NCBI GenBank assembly: GCA_013265495.1
Contig: MU058531.1
Span: forward strand, 2,418,911-2,482,910
DNA: 64,000 nt
DNA from: Vicugna vicugna
Taxonomy: Eukaryota
Reading direction: 5' to 3'
Shown here one piece after another: positions 24,236 to 37,149 of this stretch (positions are counted from its first letter, which is position 1; each line of letters opens with the position of its first letter). The position numbers and the translations under genes were made by a program. The notes beneath the pieces are model-generated. The model did not search any database. It saw only the letters and a program-made list of their open reading frames with translations, and had not been told where the DNA came from.

Positions 24236-26052
24236 TTTTTATTTTGGTCTGTAGCTGAAATTCTTTGTTTTAGAGCCTTTTAGAAATGTAGCACTTTAGG
24301 CCTTTTTTCACATTAATGTGTTTATGGTCATAATTAAAATTTACATAGTTAGCCATTTAGGACATTTAGCTTTAAATTCTTAGCAAAAACTTCAGGTACT
24401 AACGGAACTGTCAGAAGTCACAGAGGGAACCAGCAGAGGCTGTTTCAGAAGGAGAAGTGGTTTATGGACTTGCTTGCATCGTGACTTGAATTGAGGGGAC
24501 GATACTGCCACTTCGTGGTGGGGTCATCTCTATGGGCAGGTGTTGAAACAGGCCAGGAGTGTGGAGTACCTGGCTTCCCAGAGCAGGGACATTTGGACCA
24601 GGGTTGGACAGATGGCATCAGGGTTGGAGGAGAGAAGGGGAAAAAGTAAAGAACATTCTGGAAAGGAATGGTCCATCAGTAGACAGCTGCCAAATAAGAA
24701 GCTGGCCTGAGCCACACACCCTGTTCTCCTCACCTTGCTTTACTCTTCAGTACAGTGAATTCAGGGCCTGCTCATCGTGTGAGCTAAGACAGCCAGCCAT
24801 TTCCTGCAGAGAGAACTGGCTTTCTCTTCTCTTCATAGAACACCATGAAATTTGTCCTCTTTTCTTATGTTTTGGTTTCAGTTTCAATTTTCAAAAGGTT
24901 TATTTTCCCCTCTCAAGAGCTGAACCTGCATTTCAGATGTGCTAACACCAGGTGGTGGTGCCTCAGCTATTGAGGACACGGTCAGCTAAGAAAAAAATTT
25001 TTTTTAACTACTCAAAAAATGATGGTAAGAAGGTCAAAACACTGGGGTTTAGGTACAGGGATCTGGCTTGGCCCAAGGATAAAATTTTAAATGACCAGAG
25101 GAAAGGATGAAGTTTATATCCTCTGACTAAAGTCCATAAATACTGTTTCTTGCACTGAAGCTCTTAATAAAGGTGAACATCAGGGAATCTGAGGCGACGT
25201 CTTGCTTCTGCTGCAGATTTCCATTAAGGCAACTGAATACACTGCATTATAAGATGTTGTATTTAATGTCAACATACATAGAGCAAGCTTGAAGAAACTT
25301 TACAATTTGATATTGTTCTATTCCTGTTACCAATAACAGATTAATTAAACTCCTGCCTTATGCTCAGACCTGTTTGGAATGCTCCTTTCTAACTCATCCT
25401 GAACTCTTTCCAGTGGCTTCAGAGCTTCAGCATTGTCTGGTTTTCAAACCCCTCCAGCTTTCCTTCAGCCATGTGCAGAATTCTATGAGGAACTATAAGA
25501 AATTGCAGAATTTAAAAAAAAGTCATCTCTGAACTTAGACCTTAAAATGATGTGAAAGTGCTGGTGGACTTGGGAAGAGATTTTTGTTTGTTTGTTTGTT
25601 TCTGCATATTTTTGCAGCATGAGGAAGTGGGATTTCCTAGAGAAGATATGGATTCTCCTGGACCATCCAGACAGTGGAGACAGGCTTGTGATGGGGTTTC
25701 TTGGTAGAATAAGCAGTTGGATGTAGCAGTTTCCTTGGTCTTCCAAGCCAGTGTGCACTGAGGTCAGCCGTGTTTCAGTTCTCTGGGGGCCAACTGTCCA
25801 AAAACAAACAAAATTCAAATGTATGAAAAAGAACTAACCAAAACATGTGCCGGCTATTAAAACAGTTGTCTGTGGAGTGGATAAATGTGCTGAACTGAAT
25901 CTAGAGTCAGTGGAGAAGTTTGTGATTAGTTAGGGGAATCTTTCTGAAGGAGATAAATTTGAGTTGAAATTTCCAAGGAGGACAGAAATTTCAGGTTAAT
26001 AGGAAAGAGGGCATTTAAATATGTCAGTAATGTTTATTGGGCCCTTAGTAAG

Positions 26053-26559
26053 TGTGGCAGGCAGAATAATCACTCCTACAAAATGTCCACATCCTAATCC
26101 CCGGAATCTGTAACCCTGTTACCTTACATGACAAAAGGGATTTTGCAAATATGGTTAATGTTAAGACTCTGAGAGAGAAGATTATTCAGCATTATATGAT
26201 TGTGTCCAACCTAATCCCATGGGTCCTTAAAAGCAGAGAATCTTTCCTGGCCTAGGTCAGCCAGAGGGAGATGTGACTACAGAAGAACAGACAGAGAGAA
26301 GCAGTATTGTTGGCTGTAAAGACTGATGAAGGGGGCCACGAGCCAAGGAATGTGGGTGGCCTCTAGAAGCTGGAAAAGGCAAGGAAATGAATTCTCCCCT
26401 AGAGCCACTGGAAAGAACACAGTTGTGCTGACACCCTGATTTTAGCCCAGTGAGACCCATATCGAACTTCTAGCCTACAGAACTAAACGATAATAAATTT
26501 GAGTTGTTTTAAGCTAAGTTTCTGGTGATTTGGTACAGCAACAATAGAAAACTAACACA
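26053..26559 (+). mobile_element. MaLR solo LTR (MLT1D-like)
   Basis: TG...CA ends; TGTGGCAGGCAGAATAAT...GTCCACATCCTAATCCCCGGAA...CTAGAAGCTGGAAAAGGCAAGGAAA...ATAGAAAACTAACACA. Confidence 0.88.
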
Positions 26560-27359
26560 ATGTGGGATAGCAAAATGAGGTAGACTGTACAATCATGGTC
26601 ATTTACAGATGAGGACACTGAACTATAAAGGGACTAGGTTCTTGCACAATGTCACCCAGCTGTGGGGTGAAGGAGCCAGGAATTAAATTGAGAACACCAG
26701 TCTTCAGAGCTCATGCTCTTAACTATTACACAATATCAGTCTCCCAGGATTTTTGTGAGAGGAGGATGGAAGTAGTAAAGGCTTCCAGTAAAAGCTCACT
26801 GAAGGGGTGACTTACACAGCTGTATAGTACACAGCCTGGTTGACTCAAAGGGAAGCTCAGAGCCCTGGATAAATGGAGACTAGAAAATAGTTTTCCCTCC
26901 AGGCTAGGTTTGTACTCTCTTCCTGATGAAGCGTCCTCAGTCTCTGCTTTGATTATAACAAACTGGTTTATTGAGTGTCCCACCAACATGTTACTAAACA
27001 GGACACTTCTACACCAGTACATTTTCTCAAGCCACCCACCTTTCTTTCCCACTTTTTCTAACGCCCACTGCTCTCAAGAGCTTCTACGCCTCCTCATCCC
27101 AGCTAAAGCAACTTGGAGGCGCTTGGGTTTAAGGACTTCGGCATGAAATCACACATTGAACTGGCTCTTTCTTGTATTTTTGCCACAATGTGTCATAGTT
27201 TTATGCCATTTAATGTTTCTCTGCTTATAATTTATTTCCAAGTTGACTGGCCTCTGTGAACTCCCTGCAGACAGGGACTGGAATCCTCTCAGAGAGGTCA
27301 TGTTCACCAGCTGCAGTCTTCTTGGTTCATTCCTAAAATAAATCTTACTCCTACACACC

Positions 27360-27560
27360 ATTTTTCTTTCTTTTTTTAAATTGAAGTATAGTTGGTTTAC
27401 AATGTTATGTTAATTTCTGGTGTACAGCATAGTGACTCAGATATATTATATATATTATATATATATAAAATTCCTTTCCATATTCTTTTTCATTATAGGC
27501 TATTATAAGACACTGTATATAGCTCCCTGTGCTATACAGTAGGACGTTGTCGTTTACCTC
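27360..27560 (-). mobile_element. Short L1 3' end about 220 bp upstream of the CpG island
   Basis: T-rich tail followed by TTGAAGTATAG...CCCTGTGCTATACAGTAGGAC. Confidence 0.85.
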
Positions 27561-27779
27561 CATTTCGCTTTTCTTGAGTACGTTTTCCTTTCTCTGATTC
27601 TCCACCACCCAGAGGACATCAGTCCTCCTTGTTAAACGTCCCCGTAGCTTTTATTACAGATTGAGAGTGACTGCTGATCTCCCTCATTACTAAAGTGTCC
27701 CCAGCGCATAGCAGAGAGTATGACACACAGAATACAAGAATACATGTTAAAGCCGGGCCAATTACTAGACAGCAACTAG

Positions 27780-28730
27780 CAGCAAGCGGCGGGGGAAGGG
27801 CTGGAGGTGGCGCGTCTCCACTCCCCGGCGCCGCTTCAGCACCTTGGCTTCCCGCAGGTGTGGGCACCTGGGCGCCGGTCGCGTGTCCGCGCGTTGCCTC
27901 CCACGCCCTCCGCGCGCCCCGGCGCCGCCTGCCCCGCCCCTTTTCCCGCCTCCCCGAGCTCGCGCCACAGGCCGCTCGCCCTCGTCGTCCGCGCGGCCCC
28001 GCGCCTCGCCGGCTCCTCAGCTTCCAGCCAAGATGGCGGAGAGCGGCGAAGGTCTGGGCACCGTCCCGGAGCACGAGCGGATCTTGCAGGAGATCCAGAG
28101 CACCGACACCGCCTGCGTGGGGCCCACCCTCCGGTAAAGCTCTCATCCTCCCGGGATGTCGGACTGCCCCCTCCAGCGGGCTGGTCAGGGGCCGGGCGGG
28201 GCGTCCGCCGCCGGCCGCGCGCGGAGCGGCCCGACAGGTGGTGCGCGCGGAGGCGGGCGGGGGCGCTGCGGGGCGGCGGGCCGGGACCGGAGCCAGCACC
28301 TGTCGGCACCGCCCGCCTCAGCCGCGGGAGCTGTCAGCGCGCAGCCGGAGGGTGTGGCTGCCGCGGCGCCTCTGACCTCTGGAGCCGCCTCGCCTTCGCC
28401 GTCCAGCGCCGGCCCCAGCCTGGGGCTCGGGGACGCGCCTGGGGCCTCGCGTCTGCGGATCGCGGCGGGGCGGAGAGCGGCTGGGCGGAGGGCGTGACGG
28501 GGGCGAAGGTTAACTGCCGGCAGGCGGCGTAACTGAGGTGCCGAGGCGCGCGCAGGTGGAAGCCCTGGCGCGCCGGGCTCCAGCGGGCGTGGGAGAAGTG
28601 AAATTGAGCTGGGACGCCGGCACCATCATCCGCCCCCGCGCAGCCCGAGTGGGCGAAGAGGCAGCGTGGGCTGGAGGGGAGGAGCTGACGTTCGGGGACG
28701 CGCTGGTGTGACCATCCGCTCACCCGGCAA
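27780..28730 (+). promoter_or_regulatory. CpG island / main EXOC6 promoter
   Basis: Abrupt GC- and CpG-rich block in AT-rich surroundings; GC boxes (e.g. GCCCCGCCCC 27931-27940); YY1-type CAAGATGGCGG overlapping the ATG (28029-28039). Confidence 0.92.
28033..28133 (+). CDS. EXOC6: EXOC6 canonical first coding exon, MAESGEGLGTVPEHERILQEIQSTDTACVGPTL(R)
   Basis: Strong Kozak context AAGATGG inside a CpG island; peptide matches the Sec15A N-terminus; donor CG|GTAAAG, phase 2 (101 nt coding). Confidence 0.96.
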
Positions 28731-29659
28731 GCCTCTCTGGAGGCTTTTTTATGAACGTTTCATTGATTTTGCACTCATTTCCCCATTAACTTTGAAAAGA
28801 ATCTCCACCCTTTAAAAATAGTACTAGGTAATGAATATTCCAGACTGGGTACCTGCTGCCCTGGTAATAGAGTGTTAGCCGGCCACTACAGTGATCCATT
28901 AGATTGTGTTAGGCACTCTCTTCAAGAATGAATGCCTTTTAAATACAAGGTTTCATTTTTCACTGTGATGATAATGAAATTATTATTCAGTTAGGGAACT
29001 TGGGATTGATTGTGTCTTTATCATTATTATTTTCTTCAGGATACACTTCCTAGAAATGGAGCGATGTATGTTTGTGGACCTGTGAATGTAGTATAAAGTG
29101 AAGCCAATTCAAATTATGATGTAAATCTACCTCGCCCTGCGAATCCAGAGCCCTGGGTTCTAGGGTTACCTAATCTTACCACTGATGAAGTGTGGCATGG
29201 GCAAGTTATTTAACTTCTCTCGACTTAGATTTTTTTGTTTTTGTTTTTGTTTTTGTTTTTGTGTACTGCGGAGGGTTAGGTGTTTAGGTGACCAGAAAGC
29301 GGAAAGCCCAGGACCTTAGGGACCTTGCATATTTGTAACACCAAGCATATGGTAGGCACTTAATACATTTTTGTCACACGAAGTTCCCTTTATAATAATA
29401 GTTAGTGCATTTAATTTTTAAATATAATTCTTTTCAGAAAACTGTGCACTTGGTAATGAAAGTAGAAATCATAGATTAAAAGGAAGCTTTGTTTTCCTCA
29501 CTGCATGTGAAACCGAAAGAATACGGTATGTGGTATAGTTATTGAAACAGTCCATTGTTGAAAATGGCGTTGATTACGAAGGAGATGCTTCTTGAGAAAA
29601 TGTGCTAGGCAGTATCCTTGACAGCAGATGAAACTAACTTAGAAGAAAAATTTGAAATA

Positions 29660-29896
29660 CAGTTGGGTCTTGAACAACAAGGGTTTTGAACTCTGTGGAT
29701 CCACTTATACCCGGGTATTTTTTCATTAGTGAATACTACAGTACTGCACAGTCCTCAGTTGGTTGAATCTGGGGATGCAGAAGTGCTGACATGGAGGAAC
29801 CCAGTGCATGGACAGCTGACTATAAGTTATGTGGGGATTTTTCAGTGCATTGAAGGGTCCACCTCTCTAACCCCCACATTGTTCAAGGGTCACCTG
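29660..29896. mobile_element. Tigger-family MITE (MER8-like)
   Basis: Terminal inverted repeats CAGTTGGGTCTTGAACAA / TTGTTCAAGGGTCACCTG with TA on both sides; 237 bp. Confidence 0.85.
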
Positions 29897-30619
29897 TATA
29901 GTGAGAGAGTTTTTTTGGTGACACAAATGTAGAATATATGTATTCATGGTGTTATCATTCTGTTCTATTTTACTGGACATTGTGTCACCTGCTCACTTTG
30001 TTGACACCCACACTCTTTTCTTGAGTGAAATCCAGTGACTCATACTTATCCTACACATACACTTGTCATCTCTCATTTACAAGCAGACTCTGTGCACACA
30101 CATAAAAGGTACTACTAGCAGTCCTTTCTCTTTAACAGAGTTTAAGCTACTACTGTTTTTTTCCCTAGGTTTCACTGAGTAAAGTACTCATACTAAATTT
30201 TAAAAAATCTTTTATTATGGGAAAATTTTAATATTTTAATTAAAAATGTTGCTGAACCACATGAATCTGTCATTGAGCTTCAGTTCAGTCCCTGGCCAGT
30301 CTCGTTTTATCTTTTCCCTTTTCCACTCTCACTCACCCCGGATTATTTTGAGGCAAATCCCACACATCAGTTCCATCATAAATATTTCAGCATTAAAATT
30401 GACTTTTGTTGTTATTTCTCAATTAAATTCTGGCTGGCCTGCAGGCTTATGTTGTTTTGGTTTTAATTATTATTATTTTTCTTAGTGGCAGACTTTTTTC
30501 AGCCTGACCTTTTCCTGATCCACTTTTTATCAGATCTGGCTTCCTGGAGGTGATTAATGAGAATGATTAAATGAGAAGCATGTTACACACTTTTCACAGG
30601 GCCTGGCATGTGATGTGGT

Positions 30620-33010
30620 TCTTTGGCTGTAATGGAATTAAACTAGAAGTCAATAATAGAAAACTATCTGTGAATATGTGTATATATAAGTATGACTGAA
30701 CTATTATGCTGTACACCAGAAATTGACACGAAGTTGTAAACTGACTATATTTCAATTTTTAAAAAAACTAAAAAAAAAAAAAGAAAATGCTTATAGGGTC
30801 ATTATTGTAGTGCCCAATACAAGGTAAACTTTCAGTAAACATTAGATATTATTACAAAAAAGAAAAGAAAAGAAAACTACCTGGAAAATTCCCAAATTTT
30901 TCGACACTGAGTAACACACATCTCAGTAAACATGGATGAAAGAAGAAATGAAAATAGCAATTAGAAAGTATTTTGAATGAATAAAATGAAAATGCAACGT
31001 TAAGAATTTGTGGGATACAGCTAAATCAGTACTTAGAGAAAGATACAACACTAAACACCTCTACTGGAAAAGAACGATTTAAAATAATGGCTTCAGCTTC
31101 TAATTTAAACTAGAAAAAGAGCAAATGAAATCCAAAAGAGCCAAAGAAAGATGATAAAGATCAGAGTGGACATCAATGAAACAGAAAAAGAAAAACAATT
31201 GAGAAAATCAGTGAATCTGAAACCTGGTTCTTTGAAATCAGTAAAACTGATAAACTCCAAGAGGAAAAAGGGAGAAGAAACCAATTATTGGTAATTATCA
31301 GCATCAGGAATGAGAGCTGTAACATCACTAACAGGTTCTACAGATATTTAAAGAATTAATACCAATTCCATAAAAATTCTTCCAGAAAATTGAAGTGAGG
31401 GAATATTTCTCAACTCACTGTGAGGTCAACATTAACCTGAAAGCAAAGAAATTTCTAGAAAAGGAAACTGTGGACCAATATTGTTCATAAACACACATGA
31501 AAACACTTTAAACAAAATTTTGGCAAATTAAACCCACACTATATAAAAATAATCACAAATGGGATTTATTTCAACAAAGCATGCTGGTTAACATTGTAAA
31601 ACTAACCAATGCAATTGACCATATTAAACTAAAAAAATTATATGATCATTTTAATAGATGCATTGACAAATCTGACATTCATTCCTAAGAAAAACTCTCA
31701 GAAACTAGGAATGGAAATTCAGCCTGAAAAAAGGCATCTATCAAAAACCTATAGCTAACATTGAACTTAATAGTGAAAGACTGCTTTTCTCCTAAAATCA
31801 GGAATAAAGCAAGGCTGTTCATTCTTTCAACTTCTATTCTACACCAGTTGTATTTCTATGTGCTAGCAATAAACAATCAAAAATTGAAATATAGCATAAA
31901 AGTATGAAATACTTCGGGATAAGTCTGCAAAAGATGTGAAAGACTCATGCCTGGAAACTACAAAACATTGCTAATAGAAATTAAAGAGGACCTAAATGAA
32001 TGCTCACATATGCTGTATCCATGAATCAGAAGATTCAATGATAAGATGTCATTTCCCCCAAAATGGTCTTTAGATTTAAGGCAATCCCAATAAAAATCCC
32101 AGCAGAATTTTTTTCCTTTTGTGGAAATTGACAAACTGATACTGAAGTTCATATGGAAATGCAAAAGACCTAGAATAGCCAAACTAACTTAGAAAAAGGT
32201 GAACAGAGTTGGAGGACTTATGCTACCTGGTTTTAAGATTTATTATAAAGCTACAGTAATCAAGACAATGTGGTACTAGCATCAAGACATCAGTGAAACT
32301 GAATAGAGACACTGTAAATAGATTCACACATTTGGTCAGTTAATTTTTGGCAAAGATGAAAGGCAATTCATCAGAAAAGATATTTTTTAAATGACAGTGG
32401 TGGAACAGTTGGGTATCTGTATGCGAAATAATGAATTTTGATGTAATTTGCACTATATTTAAAAATGAACTCAAAATGGATCATAAACCTAAATGTAAAA
32501 TGCAAAACTATAAAACTCCAAGAAACCATAGGAGAAATTTTTTGTGACTTTGAGTTAGGCAAAGTTTTCTTAGATACTATTACAAATGCATAATACATAA
32601 AAAAAATTGATAAATTGGACTTCATCAAAATTGAGACCATCTATCCTTCAAAGACACTGTTGAGAAAATGAAAAGACAGGCCACAGACACGGAGGAAATT
32701 TTTGCAGGTCACATATCTGATTTAAAGAAATTGCATCCAGAATGTATAAAAGAAGTCCTTGAGACTGACTGACAAGAATGTAAACAACCCAATTAAAAAA
32801 TGAGTGAATGATTTGAACAGATACTTCACAAAAGAAGGTACGTAGAGGGCAAATAAACACATGGAAAGAAGGTTAATAGCATTAGTTGTTAGAAAAATGC
32901 AAATGAAAACTACACTACCATACTATTGGCATGTCTAAAAAGACTTGACCATACCATGTACCGGTGGAGTTCTGGAATAACTGGCACTCTTATATACTGC
33001 TATTGGAATT
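30620..33010 (+). mobile_element. Old sense-strand L1 ORF2 remnant (contains a nested younger insertion at 30671-30870)
   Basis: A-rich and degenerate ORF2 motifs (NGIKLEVNN; YYKATVIKTMWY; NSKWIINLNV). Confidence 0.85.
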
Positions 33011-36000
33011 TCATAGATGCTGTTTCTCAGATTGAGGAAGGTCCCTTTTATTCCTAGTTTTGTTGAATGTTTTTACTATAAAAGAGTGTTGAGTTTTGTC
33101 AGATGCTTTTTTTACATTTATTGAGATGATCATGTGGATTTTGTCTCGTATTGTATCAATATGGTGTTTCATATTAATTAACTTTCAGATGTAAACCAAC
33201 CTTGCATTCATGGAATAAATCCCACTTGGTCATAGTGTATAATCATTTTTATATGTTGCTGCATCCCATTTGTCAGTATTTTGTGTAGGATTTTTGCGTG
33301 TATTTCACTAGAGATATTGGTCTGTTATTTTTTGATGTCTTTGTTTGGTTTTGGACGAGAATAATATCTCATAGTATGAGTTGGTTAGTGTCCCCCAGTT
33401 GAGATGAATATGTTTTTATTTCTTCCTTTGTTTTATTTATGTGGTGTATCACATTGATTTATTTTTTATGTTGAATCCCTCTTATATTCCTGGGATAAAT
33501 ACCATTTGGTCATGATGTATAAGCTTTCTAATATGTTGTTGGATTCAGTTTGTTAATATTTTGTTGAGTATTTTTACATACATATTCATAGGATGTACTG
33601 GTCTATAGTTTTCTTTTTTGTGATGTCTTTATCTGGTTTTGGTATCAGAGTAATGCTAGCTTCATTGAATGAGTTAGGGAGAATCCCTTCTCTTCCACTT
33701 TTTGGAAGAATTTGTCAAGTAATACTGTTAATTCTTTAAATAGATGGTAGAATTTGTCACTGAAGCCATCTAGCTTTTCTTTCTTGGAAAGTTTTTGTTT
33801 CTTGATTCAATCTCTTGTCATAGATCTGTTCCAACTTTCTATTCTTATTGCATCAGTGTTGGTAGTTTGTGACTGTCTAGAAATTTGTCCATTTCTTCTA
33901 GGTTATCAGGTTGTTGGTATAAAATTGTTCATGGCATTCCCTTATAACCTTTTTTTTTTAATATCTGTAAGATTGGTAGTACTGACTTCTCTTTTATTCT
34001 TGATTTTAGTAATTTGAGTCTCTTCTTTTTCTTGGTCGATCTGGCTAAAAGTTTGTCAATTTTATTAATCTTTTCAAAGAACCAACTTTTGGTTTAATTG
34101 ATATTTCTCCATTATTTTCCTATCTATTCAGTTTGTATCTAATCTTTATTTCCTTTCTTTGCTTGTTTTAGGTTAATTTGCTTTCCTTTTTATTAGTGTG
34201 TAGTGATGGAAGGCTGGGCTATTGATTTGAGATCTTTCTTATTTTTAAATATAGGTTTTTGCAGCTATAAATAATCCTTTAAGCACTGTTTTAGCACCAT
34301 CTTATAAGTTTTGGTATTGTGTATTTTCATTTTTATTCATCTCGAAGTATTTTTTAAAATTTCCTTTGTGATTTCTTCTTTGAGTCATTGGTTATTTAGA
34401 AGTATGTTGTTTAATTTCTGCATATTTGTGAATTTCTCAAATGTCCTTCTGCTACTAATTTCTAATTTCATTGCATTTGGTAAGAGATCATACTATGTAT
34501 GATTTTAGTCCTATTAAGTTGAGGCTTGTTTTATGGCTTAACATACGGTCTGTCCTGGAGAATATTCCATGTGTACTTGAGAACAGTGTGTACCCTGATG
34601 ATGTTGGGTGGAAGATTCTATAAATGTCTGTTAGGTCTCATGAACTTATAGTTGTTCAAGTCTTCTACTTCTTTGATCTTTCACTTAGTTGTTCTATCCA
34701 ATATTGGGTAATGGAGAGTTTTTGTTTCATGTATTTTGGGCTCTGTTAGATGTGTAAATGTATATACTTGTTATATATTTGTGAATGATTGACTCTTTTA
34801 CCATTATAAAATATCCCTCATTGTCTGTAGACTTGTTTTAAAGTCTGTTTTGTTTGATATTAGTACAGCTACTCTAGCTTTCTTATGGTTGCTTTTTGCA
34901 TGATATGGCTTTTTTTATCCTTTTACTTTGAACCTGTTTTTATCCTTGAATCTAAAGTGTATCTCCTATAGATATTGTTGGATCTTGTTTTGTTTTTAAT
35001 CCAGTTTGATAGTCTCTGACTTTTTTTTTTTGATAGTCTCTGACTTTTGAGTGGATTGTTTAGTCCATTAATATATACTTATATCATTGGATTTACATAT
35101 GCCATTTTACTTTTTGTTTTCTGCATGTCATTTCTTTTTGCTCCTCTGTTCCTTTTTTTTTTTTTTTACTATTTTTTGTTAAGTGAATATTTTCTAGTGT
35201 AACATTTAATTACTTTAATAATTTTTCCCAGTATTTAAAATTTTATTTCTTAGTGGTTGCTCTCAGAATCAACTTCAGATTAATTCTAAATTAATTCCTG
35301 TGGAATATAGAAATATTTCTCCTATATAGCTCTATTCCCTCATTCGTTTTTGTGCTATTCCCTCATTCGTTTTTGTGCTATTATTGTTGTATCTTACATC
35401 AATATATGTTATAAACCCAATAGTACATTGTTATAATTGTTACTATGATAACTTTATTTTTCAAAGAAGCTGAGAGAAAAAAGGAGAGCAAATATATATT
35501 TATAGAGTTTGTTACATTAACCTTATTTATCATTTCTAATTTTCTTCATTGTTGCTGAGTTTTTAGTTGTGTCATTTTCTTATTCTAGTACAGCTTTGCT
35601 CTCACATACCTAATTTGTGTAGTTATTTTCAAGCATATTTCATTTCTATATGCTTTCAATACAATTATGTGCATGTTGTCTTAATGCAGTTGCTTTTTAA
35701 ATCAGTTAAGAAAGATACATTTATACTGTCTTTTATAATTACATAGTTACCTTTACTGGTATACTTGTGTGTGTGTGTGTGTTTGTTTGTGTGTGTGTAT
35801 TCATGTTGCCATCTGGGCTCACTCTTAATTATGAAGAACTTTCATTGGTATTTTTTGTAAGGCTGGTCTGCTAGTAACTAATTCTCTCAGTTTTTGCTTA
35901 TCTGCAAATGTCTTAATTTCACCTTCATTTTTTGAAAGATGATTTTGTTGGTTGTAAGACTCTTGGCTGACAGTTTTTTTCTTTTAGCACTTTGAATTTA

Positions 36001-36760
36001 TCATCCTGTTGCCTTTTGACCTCCATTTTTTTCTGGTGATAAATCAACTGTTAATCTTAATGGGATTCCCTCATATGTGTTTTTCTCTCCCCCTTACTGC
36101 TTTCCAGATTTTTCCTTTGTCTTTCATTTTTACTATGATGTGTCTGGGTATGGATTTCCCTGTGTTTATCCTTCTTGTAGTTTGCTGATCTTTTGAGATG
36201 TTTAGATTAATGTTTCTCATCAAATTTGGAAATTTTAGCTATCATTTCTTCAAATATTCTTTCTGCTCCTTTCTCTTCTTAGTTTGGTGCTCCCATCATG
36301 TGTATGTGCTTAATGGTGTCCACATTTCTCTGAAGCTGTGTTCATTTTCTTCATTCTTTTTTCTCTCTGTTCTTTGGATTGCATATTCTCTATCAGTCAA
36401 CCTTTGAGTAGTCTACCTTTCTTCTGCCAATTTTTATATACTGTTGAGATCTTCTAAGGGGTTTTTCATTTCTGTTGATGACTTTTCAACTCTGAAATTT
36501 CACCTTGGTTCCTTTTTATAATTTCTTTCTGTCAGTATTCTGTATTTTATTAGACATTGTCATTGTACGTTCCTTCATTTCTTTAAGTATGGTTTTCTTA
36601 AGTACTATGAACATAGTACTTTGAAGGCTGTTAACTCCACCATCTAGGCCCTCTCACAGGGCCTGTTTCTTTTCGTATGTTCTTTTCCTGTTTTCCTATT
36701 TCTTTGTCTATCTGATAATTTGTTGTTGTGGTTGAAAACTAGAAAGTTTAGATAGTGTAT
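33010..36760 (-). mobile_element. Long old antisense L1 remnant(s) (ORF2 into ORF1)
   Basis: T-rich antisense L1 motifs throughout (AAATCCCACTTGGTCAT; TTTTCAAAGAACCAACTTTTGG; CTTGAGAA.AGTGTGTA). Confidence 0.8.
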
Positions 36761-37149
36761 TAAATTACTTCCTGATACTGGTTCCCACTACCCCACCACC
36801 TTCTGGGGGTTGTTTTTGTTCGTGTTTATTTATTTAGTGGCTTGGTTGGGCTATTTTAGTCAAGCGTATTTCCCTCACAGTGTGAAGCCTCTGCTGTCAC
36901 TCCTCAGAGGGCATAATGTTGGCATGCACACAGTCACTCTGGAATAGCAGTAGTTTTAGCAGAATTCTCTTTGTCTTTTTCCCTGATCTCTCTGTTAAGC
37001 TATGTGCCTATCTTGGTGTCATACTCAGATGCTTTACTCCAGTAACTGCTGGCTGGTTGCTTTGTTGTTTTCAACAATATCCAGGTGCATAAATTGTTTC
37101 ACAGTCTGATCCAGTTAAGTTTTTTCCCCTTTACATTTAGTTTTTTTTC

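Noticed and set aside
27619..28723. Several long overlapping ORFs (113-241 aa) on both strands
   Set aside because: Stop-codon scarcity in the CpG island gives low-complexity R/A/G/P peptides; only 28033-28133 matches a real protein and has a splice donor.
30620..36760. Twin-priming inversion at the +/- L1 junction near 33010
   Set aside because: The pieces are tail-to-tail, cover overlapping ORF2 regions and share no visible TSD; independent old insertions are more likely.
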